NCBI GenBank assembly: GCA_027320085.1
Contig: DAHVLZ010000038.1
Span: 1-64,000 of the forward strand
DNA from: Pseudomonadota bacterium
GTDB taxonomy: Bacteria; Pseudomonadota; Gammaproteobacteria; JAKAQQ01
Reading direction: 5' to 3'
Length of the DNA: 64,000 nucleotides
Within the stretch, counting starts at the first letter, position 1, and every line of letters starts with the position of its first letter. The notes beneath the pieces were generated by a model. That model did no database searches. It was not told the DNA's origin and saw nothing but the letters and a program-made list of their open reading frames with translations. The position numbers and the translations under genes were made by a program. Shown here piece after piece: positions 48,423-58,960 of the stretch.

Positions 48423-49556
48423 TCAGGCGGTTCCCAAGTAGGACTTCACGACCTCGAAATAAGTGGACTCGAGAGTAACCAGATCTTGTACGGCCACCCG
48501 TTCATCCGGAGCATGTAACCGTTCACTGGGCAAGCCGAGTTCAACTACCTCGGCTCCGAGTCTGGCAAAAAACCGCCCATCCGAGGTTCCACCGTCCACT
48601 CTCAGTTCGGGATCGCTTCCCGACTGTTTCTTGAGGACACTCTGGACGACTTCGCGAAGTGGCCCGGGACTCGAAAGAAACGGCTCTGCGGACTTTCCCC
48701 AAACGAGGGCCGCATGGGGTGGCCCCTCTGGTATCAGCTTTTCGATCATGGCTTGGAGATCTTGGGGCTTGAGTGGCGGTGGATATCGGAAGTTGAACTG
48801 GGCTCGTGCGACTGCGGGAACCACGTTCCGTGCGATTCCCGGTGTCTCCACGGAAGTGATGTGAAAACTCAGTGGAGGGAACAGGGGGTCGCTTGCCAGC
48901 GTTAAATGATTGAGCCCTGCGGCAAGAAACTGCACGAGTGCATGGGCTGCATTCGCTGGGCCATTGACGTAGGCCACATGCCCGGATTCCCCTCTGAACT
49001 CCACACTTCCGCTCATCGATCCCCGACGGCCGATGCGAATGGCGTCTCCCGCAGTCTTCCGGGACGATGGCTCACCCACCAGAGTAGCGGTGACGATGAG
49101 CCCACGATCAGACAGTACCTTGAGTGCCTCAAGGGTTCCCTGCCGGGCTGGACCTTCCTCATCGCTTGTGACCAGAAAAGCAACCGTGCCTGTATGGTCT
49201 GGATGGGTCCGGGCAAACCGGGCTCCGGCCTCCACTTGGGCTGCCAATGCTCCTTTCATGTCAACCGCCCCCCGTCCGTAAAGCCAGCCCTCCTCGATAT
49301 CTCCTCCGAAAGGTGGATGCGTCCATTGGTCCTCGGGCCCAGACGGAACCACGTCGCTGTGTCCCGCCAATACCAGCAATGGCGGACCGCTCCCGTGATA
49401 AGCCCACAGGTTCGAAACGGGTCCGAAGGGAAGCGACTCAAGGGCAAAGCCAGCGTTTCTCAACCGATTCTCGATCAATGCATGGGTTCCCGCGGGGTCG
49501 GGAGTGAGGGAACGGCACTGGATCAGCTGTCGGGCGAGAGCGACCGCCGGGTTCAT
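48423..49556 (-). CDS. dapE: Succinyl-diaminopimelate desuccinylase
   Basis: GHSDVVP, GRGAVDMKG, SDEEG, GGTSDGRF. Confidence 0.94.
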   Translation of the reverse strand: MNPAVALARQLIQCRSLTPDPAGTHALIENRLRNAGFALESLPFGPVSNLWAYHGSGPPLLVLAGHSDVVPSGPEDQWTHPPFGGDIEEGWLYGRGAVDMKGALAAQVEAGARFARTHPDHTGTVAFLVTSDEEGPARQGTLEALKVLSDRGLIVTATLVGEPSSRKTAGDAIRIGRRGSMSGSVEFRGESGHVAYVNGPANAAHALVQFLAAGLNHLTLASDPLFPPLSFHITSVETPGIARNVVPAVARAQFNFRYPPPLKPQDLQAMIEKLIPEGPPHAALVWGKSAEPFLSSPGPLREVVQSVLKKQSGSDPELRVDGGTSDGRFFARLGAEVVELGLPSERLHAPDERVAVQDLVTLESTYFEVVKSYLGTA

Positions 49557-50386
49557 GGAAAATCACGGAGAATCGTGTTGATCCCCACTTTGTTCCGTGT
49601 TGCCGTGTCGACCCATTTGACAATGACGGCACACTGGAGGGCAACCGTGCTCTGATTGCCGGGAAGGTAAACGCCAGGCACAACAACCGCCTGCTCTGGA
49701 ACAAATCCGTAGAAGACCTGGCTGGTTTCCCGGTCGACGATCCGCGTACTGGAACCGAGAAATACGCCCATCGCGAGGACACTGCCTCTCCCTAGATGAA
49801 CCCCTTCTGCAACTTCACAGCGGGCGCCGACAAAACAGTCATCCTCGATGATGACTGGACGGGATTGGACCGGTTCCAGGACTCCACCAATTCCCGCGCC
49901 TCCAGAAATGTGCACTCGATCTCCGATCTGAGCACCGGATCCAATCGTGGCCCAAGTGTCAATGAGACAGGACTCTCCGATATACGCCCCGATATTGACG
50001 TAGCAGGGCATAAGAACGCTATGAGGTCCAATGTGGGCACCCACGCGGATCGTCGCTGGCGGAACCACACGGCAAGATCGTTGCTCCCAGTATTCCGGCA
50101 ATTCACGGGATTGAAGCGGGATCTTGTCATGCCAGTACTGTTCATGGCTGCCCAGCGGCTTGGAATTCCGGACTTTGAAGTAAAGCAGAATTCCTTGTTG
50201 AACCCATCCGGAAGTCACCCATTGTCCGCTGGCCGGGGAGGCGACTCGGACTGTTCCCTCTTCCAAGGCGTGGATCAGCCACTCCAGTGCTTCGATCAGT
50301 ACGGGGGGGGCATTCTCCGGGCCCAGTTCCATCTGGCGGGGCCACAGCGTTTCAATGGTGTCCCTGGCTTGATGAACATCCATCAA
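49553..50386 (-). CDS. dapD: Tetrahydrodipicolinate N-succinyltransferase
   Basis: RVVPPA, VNIGAY, HISGGAGIGGVLEP. Confidence 0.95.
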   Translation of the reverse strand: MMDVHQARDTIETLWPRQMELGPENAPPVLIEALEWLIHALEEGTVRVASPASGQWVTSGWVQQGILLYFKVRNSKPLGSHEQYWHDKIPLQSRELPEYWEQRSCRVVPPATIRVGAHIGPHSVLMPCYVNIGAYIGESCLIDTWATIGSGAQIGDRVHISGGAGIGGVLEPVQSRPVIIEDDCFVGARCEVAEGVHLGRGSVLAMGVFLGSSTRIVDRETSQVFYGFVPEQAVVVPGVYLPGNQSTVALQCAVIVKWVDTATRNKVGINTILRDFP

Positions 50387-51582
50387 GGTTGGTCTGCCAA
50401 AAACCCGGTGATTCTGGACAACGCCTCGCGGCTCGTCTCGAGATCCGGAACCAGGGAGATTCGCACATGCCCGAGACCCGGGTTGCCCTGCGGTGTCGGA
50501 CGGGAAAGGTAGGAGCCGGGTAACACCACAACCCCCTTTTCGGCATAGAGTCTGCGTGCAAAAACTTCATCATTCCCGGCAACGCGGCTCCAGAGGTAGA
50601 AGCCGCCGTCCGGAGGGACATACGGCAGGTTCGGGCCCAGAAGGCGGGCCGCGGTTTCGAATTTTTTTCTGTAGAGGATTCGGTTTTCATGCACATGCTT
50701 TTCATCCTGCCAGGCCCATGTGCTGGCCTTTTGGACAGGGATAGGTAGGGCACATCCATGGTAAGTCCGGTACCGGTAGAAACTGTCCATGAGGCGGGCA
50801 TCGCCTGCCGCAAAGCCAGAGCGCAGGCCAGGTACACTCGATCGTTTCGAGAGGCTATGAAAAACCACAAGACGTTCAAAGGAATCTCTGCCAAGGCGAT
50901 GGGCTGCTTCCAGTGCGCCGAGAGGAGGTTGGTCTTCGTTGTTGTAGAGTTCACTGTAGCATTCGTCTGCTGCAATCACAAACCCGTAGTGATCTGATAA
51001 GCGGAAGATTTGGCGGTAAAAATCCAGGTTCAGCGTCATGCCAGTTGGATTGCCGGGCGAGCACAGATAGATGAGCTGACACCGTTTCCAGGTGGTATCC
51101 GGCACCGTATCCAAGTCTGGAATAAACCCCTGTGACGCGACGGTGTTAAGAAAAAACGGCTCCGCACCCGAAAGCAAGGCAGCACCTTCGTAAATTTGGT
51201 AAAACGGGTTGGGTATGATCACAAGAGCGCCTGATCGTGGCTCCACGACCGCCTGGGCAATGGCGAAAAGGCCTTCACGGGTCCCTGACAAAGGCAATAC
51301 TTGATGTTCGGGATCGATGGAGTCGCGATCCAAGGAAAACCGACGAATCAGCCACGCGGTGATGGCCTCTCGAAGCTCGGTTTCTCCACGAGCGGTGGGG
51401 TAGCTGCCCAAGTCCTGGCACGCGGATTGCAGCAGACGAACCAGTTCCCGGGGTGCTGGATGCCGCGGTTCGCCGATCGACATGCGGATCACGGCCTGAT
51501 CCTGCGGAGGCTGAATCCCGCCAAGAAGTTGGGAGAGCCGCTCGAATGGATAAGGCTGGAGGTGATTGAGAGATGAGTTCAA
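50383..51582 (-). CDS. dapC: Succinyldiaminopimelate transaminase
   Basis: LQPYPFERL, SIGEP, DECYSE, SLSKRSSVPGLRSG, YRTYHG. Confidence 0.94.
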   Translation of the reverse strand: MNSSLNHLQPYPFERLSQLLGGIQPPQDQAVIRMSIGEPRHPAPRELVRLLQSACQDLGSYPTARGETELREAITAWLIRRFSLDRDSIDPEHQVLPLSGTREGLFAIAQAVVEPRSGALVIIPNPFYQIYEGAALLSGAEPFFLNTVASQGFIPDLDTVPDTTWKRCQLIYLCSPGNPTGMTLNLDFYRQIFRLSDHYGFVIAADECYSELYNNEDQPPLGALEAAHRLGRDSFERLVVFHSLSKRSSVPGLRSGFAAGDARLMDSFYRYRTYHGCALPIPVQKASTWAWQDEKHVHENRILYRKKFETAARLLGPNLPYVPPDGGFYLWSRVAGNDEVFARRLYAEKGVVVLPGSYLSRPTPQGNPGLGHVRISLVPDLETSREALSRITGFLADQP

Positions 51583-51635
51583 ATCAGACTCCGTAACAGG
51601 TCATGGTGGGCATCGGCGAGGGGATACCGGAGGGG

Positions 51636-52475
51636 TCACCCATTCGCCAGGTCTCCGTCCGGTCCTTGCAGAAGGCGGAGTGCCATCGCTCTGCACGAGG
51701 GGCGTCCGAGCACGCGTTCTTCCTGGTCCGACCACGTGAGGATCTCACAACCCTCTTCAGTCACGAGAACCGTATGTTCCCACTGGGCCGAAAGGGAGTG
51801 GTCGCGCGTGACAACAGTCCAGCCGTCCGGCAGTGTCTTGACAAAACGCTTCCCCGCGTTAAGCATCGGTTCAATGGTGAAAGTCATGCCCGGGCGAAGC
51901 TCCAGACCCGTGCCGGGGCTCCCGTAATGCAGGATCTGCGGCTCTTCATGAAACTGACGGCCGATCCCATGCCCGCAATACTCGCGCACCACCGAAAAAC
52001 CCATTTCGTGGGCGTAGCGTTGGATGACGAATCCAATGTCTCCGAGGTGCCGACCGGGAGCCACAGTCTCGATTCCAAGAAACAGCGCCTGGCGGGTGCC
52101 TTCCATCAGCCGGGAGGCTTGGATCGACGGATGGCCAACCGCATACATCCGACTGGCATCTCCATGCCACCCGTCAAGAATGACGGTGACGTCAATATTG
52201 ATGATATCGCCCGCCTTGAGCCTCTTATTGCCCGGAATGCCGTGACAGACCACGTGGTTCACAGAAGTGCAAATCGATTTGGGGAATCCCCGGTAATGAA
52301 GTGGTGCCGGTACTGCACTCCTGGCGGTGATAAATTCGTGGCACAGATCATTGAGGACCTCGGTGGTGACCCCGGGCTGGACCCACGGGGTTACATAGTC
52401 CAAAGTGGCTGCTGCCAAGGCACCTGCCCGTCGCATGGCCTCCTGCTCTTCCTGAGTTTTAAGCGGAAGAGGCAT
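51636..52475 (-). CDS. map: Methionine aminopeptidase type I
   Basis: CTSVNHVVCHGIP, GHGIG..FHEEP, FTIEPM, SAQWEHT. Confidence 0.96.
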   Translation of the reverse strand: MPLPLKTQEEQEAMRRAGALAAATLDYVTPWVQPGVTTEVLNDLCHEFITARSAVPAPLHYRGFPKSICTSVNHVVCHGIPGNKRLKAGDIINIDVTVILDGWHGDASRMYAVGHPSIQASRLMEGTRQALFLGIETVAPGRHLGDIGFVIQRYAHEMGFSVVREYCGHGIGRQFHEEPQILHYGSPGTGLELRPGMTFTIEPMLNAGKRFVKTLPDGWTVVTRDHSLSAQWEHTVLVTEEGCEILTWSDQEERVLGRPSCRAMALRLLQGPDGDLANG

Positions 52476-52530
52476 GGGATATCCGCTTGGTCTTGGGTTC
52501 CGGATGGGGAGGGGAAATGACCCTGTGCAT

Positions 52531-52560
52531 TTGATCGTGAGCAACGCTCTGTGTTAAAAT
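52531..52560 (+). promoter_or_regulatory. Putative rpsB promoter
   Basis: TTGATC-N18-TAAAAT with extended TG. Confidence 0.5.
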
Positions 52561-52680
52561 TTAGCCTATTGTTTCAGGTCCTTTGACCAAGTTCAACTAG
52601 TGTGACCTGTTGTCTCCCGAAAGCCCGCCTCCCGTCACTGGTAGTTGGGGTGCCAAGGGAAATACGGTTGCGTACCACAT

Positions 52681-52755
52681 ACCACACATGAACCAGAAAC
52701 CGTCCGCCGGGTGCCTGTGAGGTCGCGGAGCGGGGTTCATGGAGGCTTAACCCGG
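52681..52755 (+). ncRNA. t44: t44 / rpsB leader RNA
   Basis: CACAC...GGGTGCC...GGAGGCTTAACCC matches the recalled conserved rpsB leader. Confidence 0.8.
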
Positions 52756-52764
52756 AGTTATGAC

Positions 52765-53790
52765 ATGACTGAAGTGACGATGCGTTCCATGCTTGAGGCC
52801 GGTGTCCATTTTGGCCACCAGACCCGGTTCCGAAACCCAAAGATGGCGCCTTATATTTTTGGCGAACGAAACCGGATCCACATTATCAATCTGGAAAAAA
52901 CCCTTCCTCTTTTTCGCCAGGCCTTGGATTACATGCGAAAGCTGGCCAGTGATGGCGGGATCGTGGTCTTCGTGGGAACGAAAAGAGCAGCCCGAGAAGC
53001 GGTCGCCCAAGCCGCACTCCGTTGCGGCATGCCCTATGTCAACCAGCGCTGGCTGGGTGGTACGCTGACCAATTTCAGAACGTTGCGACAGTCGGTCAAA
53101 CGGTTATCTGACCTCAAAGCTATGGGGGAGGATGGTCGACTAGAGAAATTGTCGAAGCGGGAAGCGTCCCAGCTCCGCCGGGAGATGGACAAGCTGGAGA
53201 AAGCATTGGGTGGGCTTCAGAAAATGGAAAACCTGCCCGATGCCCTTTTGGTCATTGATGTGGGCAAGGAAAGCATTGCGGTTCGGGAGGCTAACCGTCT
53301 GAACATTCCGGTGGTTGCGGTGGTGGACACCAACTACAGTCCGGAACAGGTTGACTACCCGTTTCCGGGCAATGATGACGCGATCAGCGCGATTGAGCTC
53401 TACGTGAACGCGATGGCTGATTCGATCCTCGAAGGACGCGCCCAAGCGCCGGCCTCGGTGGTCAATGCTGAGGAATTTGTTGAACTCGACGAGACCGGAA
53501 AGCCTGTATCAACACCGGAGGTGGTCCAGCGGAAAGGACCTGCCCGCGGAGCGCGGCAGGTGAAAAAACAGCCCGTTTCCGTTGTTCGGGTGGAAGAAGT
53601 TGGACCTGAGGTGGCGGTGAAAACAGAAGTCGCCGAGCACGCGACGACCGATTCCGATGTCTTTGAGGGCATGTTGCCGGAAAAGCCCTCTGGCGCAGTT
53701 CGCCCCAAATCCACGAGTGCTGGAAAACGGCGGCGCACGTCTCCGACCCCTCAGAATGGGAAGTCTGGCGAGGGGGATGCTCATGACTGA
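52765..53790 (+). CDS. rpsB: 30S ribosomal protein S2
   Basis: [28 protein letters not shown]; long C-terminal tail. Confidence 0.98.
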   Translation: MTEVTMRSMLEAGVHFGHQTRFRNPKMAPYIFGERNRIHIINLEKTLPLFRQALDYMRKLASDGGIVVFVGTKRAAREAVAQAALRCGMPYVNQRWLGGTLTNFRTLRQSVKRLSDLKAMGEDGRLEKLSKREASQLRREMDKLEKALGGLQKMENLPDALLVIDVGKESIAVREANRLNIPVVAVVDTNYSPEQVDYPFPGNDDAISAIELYVNAMADSILEGRAQAPASVVNAEEFVELDETGKPVSTPEVVQRKGPARGARQVKKQPVSVVRVEEVGPEVAVKTEVAEHATTDSDVFEGMLPEKPSGAVRPKSTSAGKRRRTSPTPQNGKSGEGDAHD

Positions 53791-54667
53791 AATATCCGCC
53801 CAGCTGGTTCGAGAGCTTCGCGAGAAAACCGGGGCCGGGTTCATGGAGTGCAAGAAGGCACTCCTTGAAACGAAAGGTGAGTTGAGCGAAGCAGTGATGT
53901 ATATCCGGAAAGCGGGTCTGGCAAAAGCGGATCGGAAAGCTGCGCGTGTTGCTGCCGAGGGTCGCGTGGAAGTCGTCCTTTCTCCGGCAGGGAGCGAAGC
54001 TGCTATTGTCGAAGTCAATGCCGAGACCGACTTTGTGGCATCCAGTGATGACTTCAAGAAGTTCGCCCGACGGGTAGCTGATGCCATATTGGTGCTCCGC
54101 CAGTCGGATTCCGAGGTGCTTTCCGGGTACACCCTGCCGGACGGACAGACCATCGAAACGGAAAGAAGACAGTTGGTATTACGTTTGGGAGAAAACCTGA
54201 TCATCCGGCGTTTTCACCATGTGATCGGTCGGGGAACTCTATTCAGTTACATTCACCAAGGTGGAAAAATTGGGGTGGTGGTCGACCTCGAGGGAGGCCA
54301 GGCTGAGGTGGGGCGCAATTTGGCAATGCATATCGCCTCTGCTGCACCTCTCTGGCTTGATCCGGATCAGGCGGATTCCGGGTGGCTGAACGAGCAACGG
54401 ACCATTGTGGAACACCAGTCGAGGCAGAGCGGCAAGCCCGAAGCGATTATTCAGAAAATGATTGAGGGCCGGCTCCGCAAGTTGATGGAGGAGTTCTCCT
54501 TGATTCATCAGCCCTATGTCCGGGATCCTTCTCTGACAGTCTCCGATTACCTGAAGCAGCATGCCGCGCGGGTCCATGCCTTTATCCGGTACCGGGTGGG
54601 GGAGGGAATTGAGAAAAGCCAGAAGGATTTTGCCCAGGAAGTCATGGCCGAAGTCAACCGACGCTGA
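53783..54667 (+). CDS. tsf: Elongation factor Ts
   Basis: [26 protein letters not shown]. Confidence 0.97.
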   Translation: MTEISAQLVRELREKTGAGFMECKKALLETKGELSEAVMYIRKAGLAKADRKAARVAAEGRVEVVLSPAGSEAAIVEVNAETDFVASSDDFKKFARRVADAILVLRQSDSEVLSGYTLPDGQTIETERRQLVLRLGENLIIRRFHHVIGRGTLFSYIHQGGKIGVVVDLEGGQAEVGRNLAMHIASAAPLWLDPDQADSGWLNEQRTIVEHQSRQSGKPEAIIQKMIEGRLRKLMEEFSLIHQPYVRDPSLTVSDYLKQHAARVHAFIRYRVGEGIEKSQKDFAQEVMAEVNRR

Positions 54668-54684
54668 TATTTCGGGGAGCCACG

Positions 54685-55422
54685 GTGAGTTTGAAGTACC
54701 GCAGGATCCTGTTAAAACTTAGTGGCGAAGCCCTGATGGGGAAGAGCGCCTTTGGTATTGATCCCCAAGTGCTCGAGTTTTGGGCCCGGGAGATCGAAGC
54801 GGCGGTGGTTATGGGCCTCGAGCTCGGTATTGTCGTCGGAGGGGGAAATTTCTTCCGCGGAGCAGGCCTGGCGGCAAAAGGCATGGACCGGGTGACTGCC
54901 GACCAAATGGGCATGCTGGCGACCGTCATGAACGGACTGGCATTGCAGGATGCGCTCGAGCGTGCAGGGCACCCGGTTCGAGTCATGTCTGCAATTCGGG
55001 TCAACCAGATCTGTGAAGACTATATTCGGCGGAAAGCCATCCGGCATCTTGAAAAGGGACGGGTCCTGGTCTTTGTGGCGGGTACAGGAAACCCCTTTTT
55101 TACGACAGACACCGCGGCAACCTTGCGGGCCATCGAAATCGGGGCGCAACTGCTCCTCAAGGCAACTCAGGTCGATGGTGTCTACTCGGATGATCCGGAG
55201 CGGGTTGCAAGTGCAACCCGCTACACGCATTTGACTTTTGATGAAATGCTGCAACGGAATCTGGGCGTCATGGATGATACGGCAGCGGTCATGTGCCGTG
55301 ACCATGGCATGCCGGTCAGGGTCTTTGAGACCCGTCACCGTGGAGCCTTGACGGCAATAGCCTCCGGTTGTGATGATATCGGAACCTTGGTTGATAACGA
55401 AGGGTCCCAGCATGTTGGATGA
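54685..55422 (+). CDS. pyrH: UMP kinase
   Basis: [27 protein letters not shown]. Confidence 0.97.
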   Translation: MSLKYRRILLKLSGEALMGKSAFGIDPQVLEFWAREIEAAVVMGLELGIVVGGGNFFRGAGLAAKGMDRVTADQMGMLATVMNGLALQDALERAGHPVRVMSAIRVNQICEDYIRRKAIRHLEKGRVLVFVAGTGNPFFTTDTAATLRAIEIGAQLLLKATQVDGVYSDDPERVASATRYTHLTFDEMLQRNLGVMDDTAAVMCRDHGMPVRVFETRHRGALTAIASGCDDIGTLVDNEGSQHVG

Positions 55423-55969
55423 TCTCCAAAAAGATGGGCAGGAACGGATGAAGAAGTGCGTGCTGGCACTCCGCGAGGAGTTCAGCAAAGTTCGCACCGG
55501 CCGGGCGCAGCCGGGTCTGGTCGAAAACCTGATAGTTGATTCCTACGACCAGAAAATGCCCTTAAAGCAACTGGCGACAATTGCGGTTTCGGATGCGCGG
55601 ACTTTACTGGTTACTCCTTGGGATAAAAACCTGGTTCAGGCGATTGAAAAGTCGCTGCGTGCTTCGGATTTGGGGCTTAATCCTATCCTGAGTGGCCAAG
55701 TTATCCGGATCCCGCTGCCCCCGCTCAATGAGGAGCGGCGCAAGGAACTGGTCCGCGTCGTCCGCCACGAAGCGGAACAGGCACGAATTTCTATCCGTAA
55801 TGTTCGCCGTGATGTTTTATCCCGAGTGAAGCAACTACACAAGGAGAAGGTCATGACGGAAGACGAGATGCGCAGGGCAGAGGATCTGCTCCAGAAATTG
55901 ACGGACTCCAGCACGAAAGAGATTGATCATGAGCTGAGCAGGAAAGAAGCAGAATTGTTGGAGGTTTGA
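55412..55969 (+). CDS. frr: Ribosome recycling factor
   Basis: [23 protein letters not shown]. Confidence 0.97.
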   Translation: MLDDLQKDGQERMKKCVLALREEFSKVRTGRAQPGLVENLIVDSYDQKMPLKQLATIAVSDARTLLVTPWDKNLVQAIEKSLRASDLGLNPILSGQVIRIPLPPLNEERRKELVRVVRHEAEQARISIRNVRRDVLSRVKQLHKEKVMTEDEMRRAEDLLQKLTDSSTKEIDHELSRKEAELLEV

Positions 55970-55975
55970 AAGGCC

Positions 55976-56716
55976 GTGCCTTCTTCCTTACCGGAACTGC
56001 GGCACGTGGCCATCATTATGGATGGCAATGGACGGTGGGCCCAGCAACGGGGCCTGCCGCGTTCGGCCGGGCACCGGGCTGGCTTGGATTCCGCCAAGAA
56101 TGTGATCCGGGAGGCTCCCCGATGTGGCATTGGCCTCCTGTCTCTTTTTGCCTTTTCCAGTGAGAATTGGCTGCGACCTCGCTCGGAAGTCAAGGCATTG
56201 CTCAGTTTGTTTGCGGAGGCGTTGGAACGTGAGATCAATACCCTAATCAAGAACGAGATTCGCATCACGTTTATTGGCAACCGGTCCTCCTTCCCACGTA
56301 ACCTGCAAAACCTGATGGCTGAGGCAGAGCACCAGTCCGCATCCGGGCAACGGCTGGTCCTGCTCGTCGTGGTTGGGTATGGGGGACGTTGGGATATCTG
56401 CCGGGCTTGCCAAACCCTGGCAAAAAAAGCCCAGTCCGGACTGGTTGCTCCCGAGGAAATCGACGAAAGGATGTTTGAGGAATGTCTGACCACCGCGGGA
56501 TTTGGAGCCCCGGATCTTCTGATTCGGACAGGTGGAGAACGGCGTTTGAGCAACTTTTTGCTGTGGGATCTGGCCTACAGCGAGCTTTATTTCTCGGATA
56601 TCTTGTGGCCTGATTTTACAGCGGTCCATCTGCAGGAGGCGTTGGAGGATTATCGGGGCCGTCAACGCCGCTTTGGCAGGACATCTCGGCAGATCGAGTA
56701 TCTTCGGGATGGCTGA
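55976..56716 (+). CDS. uppS: Undecaprenyl diphosphate synthase
   Basis: HVAIIMDGNGRWA, FSSENW, IRTGGERRLSNFLLW. Confidence 0.97.
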   Translation: MPSSLPELRHVAIIMDGNGRWAQQRGLPRSAGHRAGLDSAKNVIREAPRCGIGLLSLFAFSSENWLRPRSEVKALLSLFAEALEREINTLIKNEIRITFIGNRSSFPRNLQNLMAEAEHQSASGQRLVLLVVVGYGGRWDICRACQTLAKKAQSGLVAPEEIDERMFEECLTTAGFGAPDLLIRTGGERRLSNFLLWDLAYSELYFSDILWPDFTAVHLQEALEDYRGRQRRFGRTSRQIEYLRDG

Positions 56717-56719
56717 GGG

Positions 56720-57511
56720 ATGACAAAATCCCCGAGGCTTTTGAGTGCGCTGGTTTTATCGCTTTTTGCACTCTCAATCATTATCTGGGTGAACTCCCTG
56801 GGTGTGGAGCTGGTGTACGGCTTGCTCATCGGCATTGCAGCGCATGAATGGTCACAACTGGTTCCCTTGGGGAGAATCCAGGGGTACGAGTTTGTCCTCC
56901 TCACCATCGCAGGGTTGTTTGCGGTATCACTTTTCCACCCCATCGGCCGGGTTTTGGTCCTTCCTCTGGTGACTTTGTTTTGGATCTTGGCCCCGGGCCT
57001 GATTTTTCGCCGCCAGAACCGTCTGGGGCCCCTGTGGGCCGTTTTGCTCGGTTGGCTGGTTCTGGTGGGCGCATGGTACGGATTAGTCGCATTGAGCTGG
57101 GGGCAAGGCCCGCCACACTGGCTCTTGCTGTCATTCCTATTGCTGGTCTGGGGTGCGGATTCGGGGGCTTATGTTGCCGGAAGGTTCTGGGGACGCCACG
57201 CCCTGGCTCCTGCAGTGAGTCCCAAAAAGACTTGGGAAGGGGTCTGGGGAGCCGGGGTCGCTGTCGGACTGGTACTGATTTTCATGTATTTTCTCCTGAA
57301 AGTCCCTCTGCTTGTCCTGTTTCCCTTAGGTATTCTGGTCTGGTATTTTTCCATTCTTGGCGATTTGTTTGAGAGCCGTCTCAAGCGGTGGCATGGGGTC
57401 AAAGACAGTGGCCGGATCATCCCGGGTCATGGCGGAGTGCTGGACCGCATCGATAGCTGGACGGCTGCGGCTCCGGTCTTTCTTCTCTTTTGGAACTGGT
57501 TTGTCCGATAA
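56720..57511 (+). CDS. cdsA: Phosphatidate cytidylyltransferase
   Basis: SPKKTWEG, GDLFESRLKR, KDSGRIIPGHGGVLDRIDS. Confidence 0.96.
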   Translation: MTKSPRLLSALVLSLFALSIIIWVNSLGVELVYGLLIGIAAHEWSQLVPLGRIQGYEFVLLTIAGLFAVSLFHPIGRVLVLPLVTLFWILAPGLIFRRQNRLGPLWAVLLGWLVLVGAWYGLVALSWGQGPPHWLLLSFLLLVWGADSGAYVAGRFWGRHALAPAVSPKKTWEGVWGAGVAVGLVLIFMYFLLKVPLLVLFPLGILVWYFSILGDLFESRLKRWHGVKDSGRIIPGHGGVLDRIDSWTAAAPVFLLFWNWFVR

Positions 57512-57575
57512 TGGTACGCGAGGTGCGGAAACCGCATTTTTGTGATTGGCTGAGAGTGGGGGGAATACGCCATTG

Positions 57576-58943
57576 ATGTCCATTCTGACGGCGGTGGCCG
57601 CTTTTATCCTGGCGATCGCGATTCTGGTTACGGTGCATGAGTTTGGGCATTTTTGGGTTGCCCGTCGTCTCGGTATCCGGACCATCCGTTTTTCAATTGG
57701 TTTCGGAAAGCCTTTTTGGACGCGTTCTTTTGGGCAGGGGAGGGGGAATCCCTGGGAGTTGGCTTTAGCGCCGATTCCGTTGGGCGGTTATGTCAAGATG
57801 CTGGACGGCCGGGAGGGCCCCATACCCCCGGGAGAGGAACACCAGGCCTTTGACCATCAACCGCTTGCCAAAAGGGCGCTGGTCGTGGTGGCGGGGCCGG
57901 CCTTCAATTTTCTGTTCGCGGTCCTGGCCCTCACGGTTGTTTATTCGGTGGGCTTTCCCGCTGTCCGTCCCGTTTTGGGATTGGTGACGCCCCGTTCTGT
58001 TGCCGCGCGGGCGGGCCTTCATGCGGGAGATGTGATTTTGGCCGTAAACGGGCATGAGAGCAAAACCTGGGGTCAGCTCGAGCTGGGTTTGGTCTCCGCG
58101 ATCATGCGTAGCCACCAAATCCACGTGAGCTACCGGTCCCCCGCCGGAGTCAAAAAGAAGACCGTAATCTTGATTGGATCGCGCAAGCCGTTCACCGTTC
58201 CGGGTCATTTGCTCAAGGATTTGGGACTGAAACCGGGAGCGCCCCGGCTTCCACCCGTGATTCGTCAGGTCCTTCCTGGTTCAGCGGCCCAGAAAGCGGG
58301 CCTCTTGCCAGGCGATCGCCTGCTCACCATTGATGGCCATCCCCTGCGGAGTTTTAACGCATTGACTCGTTTTGTCATGAGACATCCGGATGGTCAGGTT
58401 CGGCTGGGCTGGATCCACGACGGCCATCCGATTTCCAGGGAGGTCACGCTCGGGGCCCGAGAGCTTGCAGGGCGCCGTTATGGATTCCTGGGGGTGACCG
58501 CTGCCCTGCCCGCGGGTTTCATGAAACAGTTCATGCTTCAGGTGCGGGACCCGCTTCCGATTGCTGTTTTGCACGCCCTACGTTATGTTTGGAGAATGTC
58601 GGGGTTGACGTTGGGCCTCGTTTACCGCATGATCACAGGCCAGGCTTCAATCCGGAACCTGAGCGGGCCCATCCGCATCGCGCAATATGCAGGTGAGACC
58701 GCCCGGGCGAGCTGGATTTCGTTCCTTTCATTTTTGTCGGTACTGAGTATCAGTCTGGGGCTTTTAAATCTGTTTCCAATCCCGATCCTTGACGGTGGCC
58801 ACCTGCTTTACTATGCGATTGAAGTAGTCCATCGTCGCCCTCTTTCGGCTCGCGCCGAGTGGGTCGGCCAACAGGTAGGCTTCGGGCTATTGTTTTTGCT
58901 CATGGGGTTGGCTTTTTACAATGACCTGACCCATTTCCTGTAA
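57576..58943 (+). CDS. rseP: RIP metalloprotease RseP
   Basis: HEFGH, two PDZ domains, NLFPIPILDGG. Confidence 0.96.
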   Translation: MSILTAVAAFILAIAILVTVHEFGHFWVARRLGIRTIRFSIGFGKPFWTRSFGQGRGNPWELALAPIPLGGYVKMLDGREGPIPPGEEHQAFDHQPLAKRALVVVAGPAFNFLFAVLALTVVYSVGFPAVRPVLGLVTPRSVAARAGLHAGDVILAVNGHESKTWGQLELGLVSAIMRSHQIHVSYRSPAGVKKKTVILIGSRKPFTVPGHLLKDLGLKPGAPRLPPVIRQVLPGSAAQKAGLLPGDRLLTIDGHPLRSFNALTRFVMRHPDGQVRLGWIHDGHPISREVTLGARELAGRRYGFLGVTAALPAGFMKQFMLQVRDPLPIAVLHALRYVWRMSGLTLGLVYRMITGQASIRNLSGPIRIAQYAGETARASWISFLSFLSVLSISLGLLNLFPIPILDGGHLLYYAIEVVHRRPLSARAEWVGQQVGFGLLFLLMGLAFYNDLTHFL

Positions 58944-58960
58944 CACTTGAGGAATGCTGC

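Noticed and set aside
51603-52520. 305-aa plus-strand ORF
   Set aside because: Antisense to map; shadow ORF.
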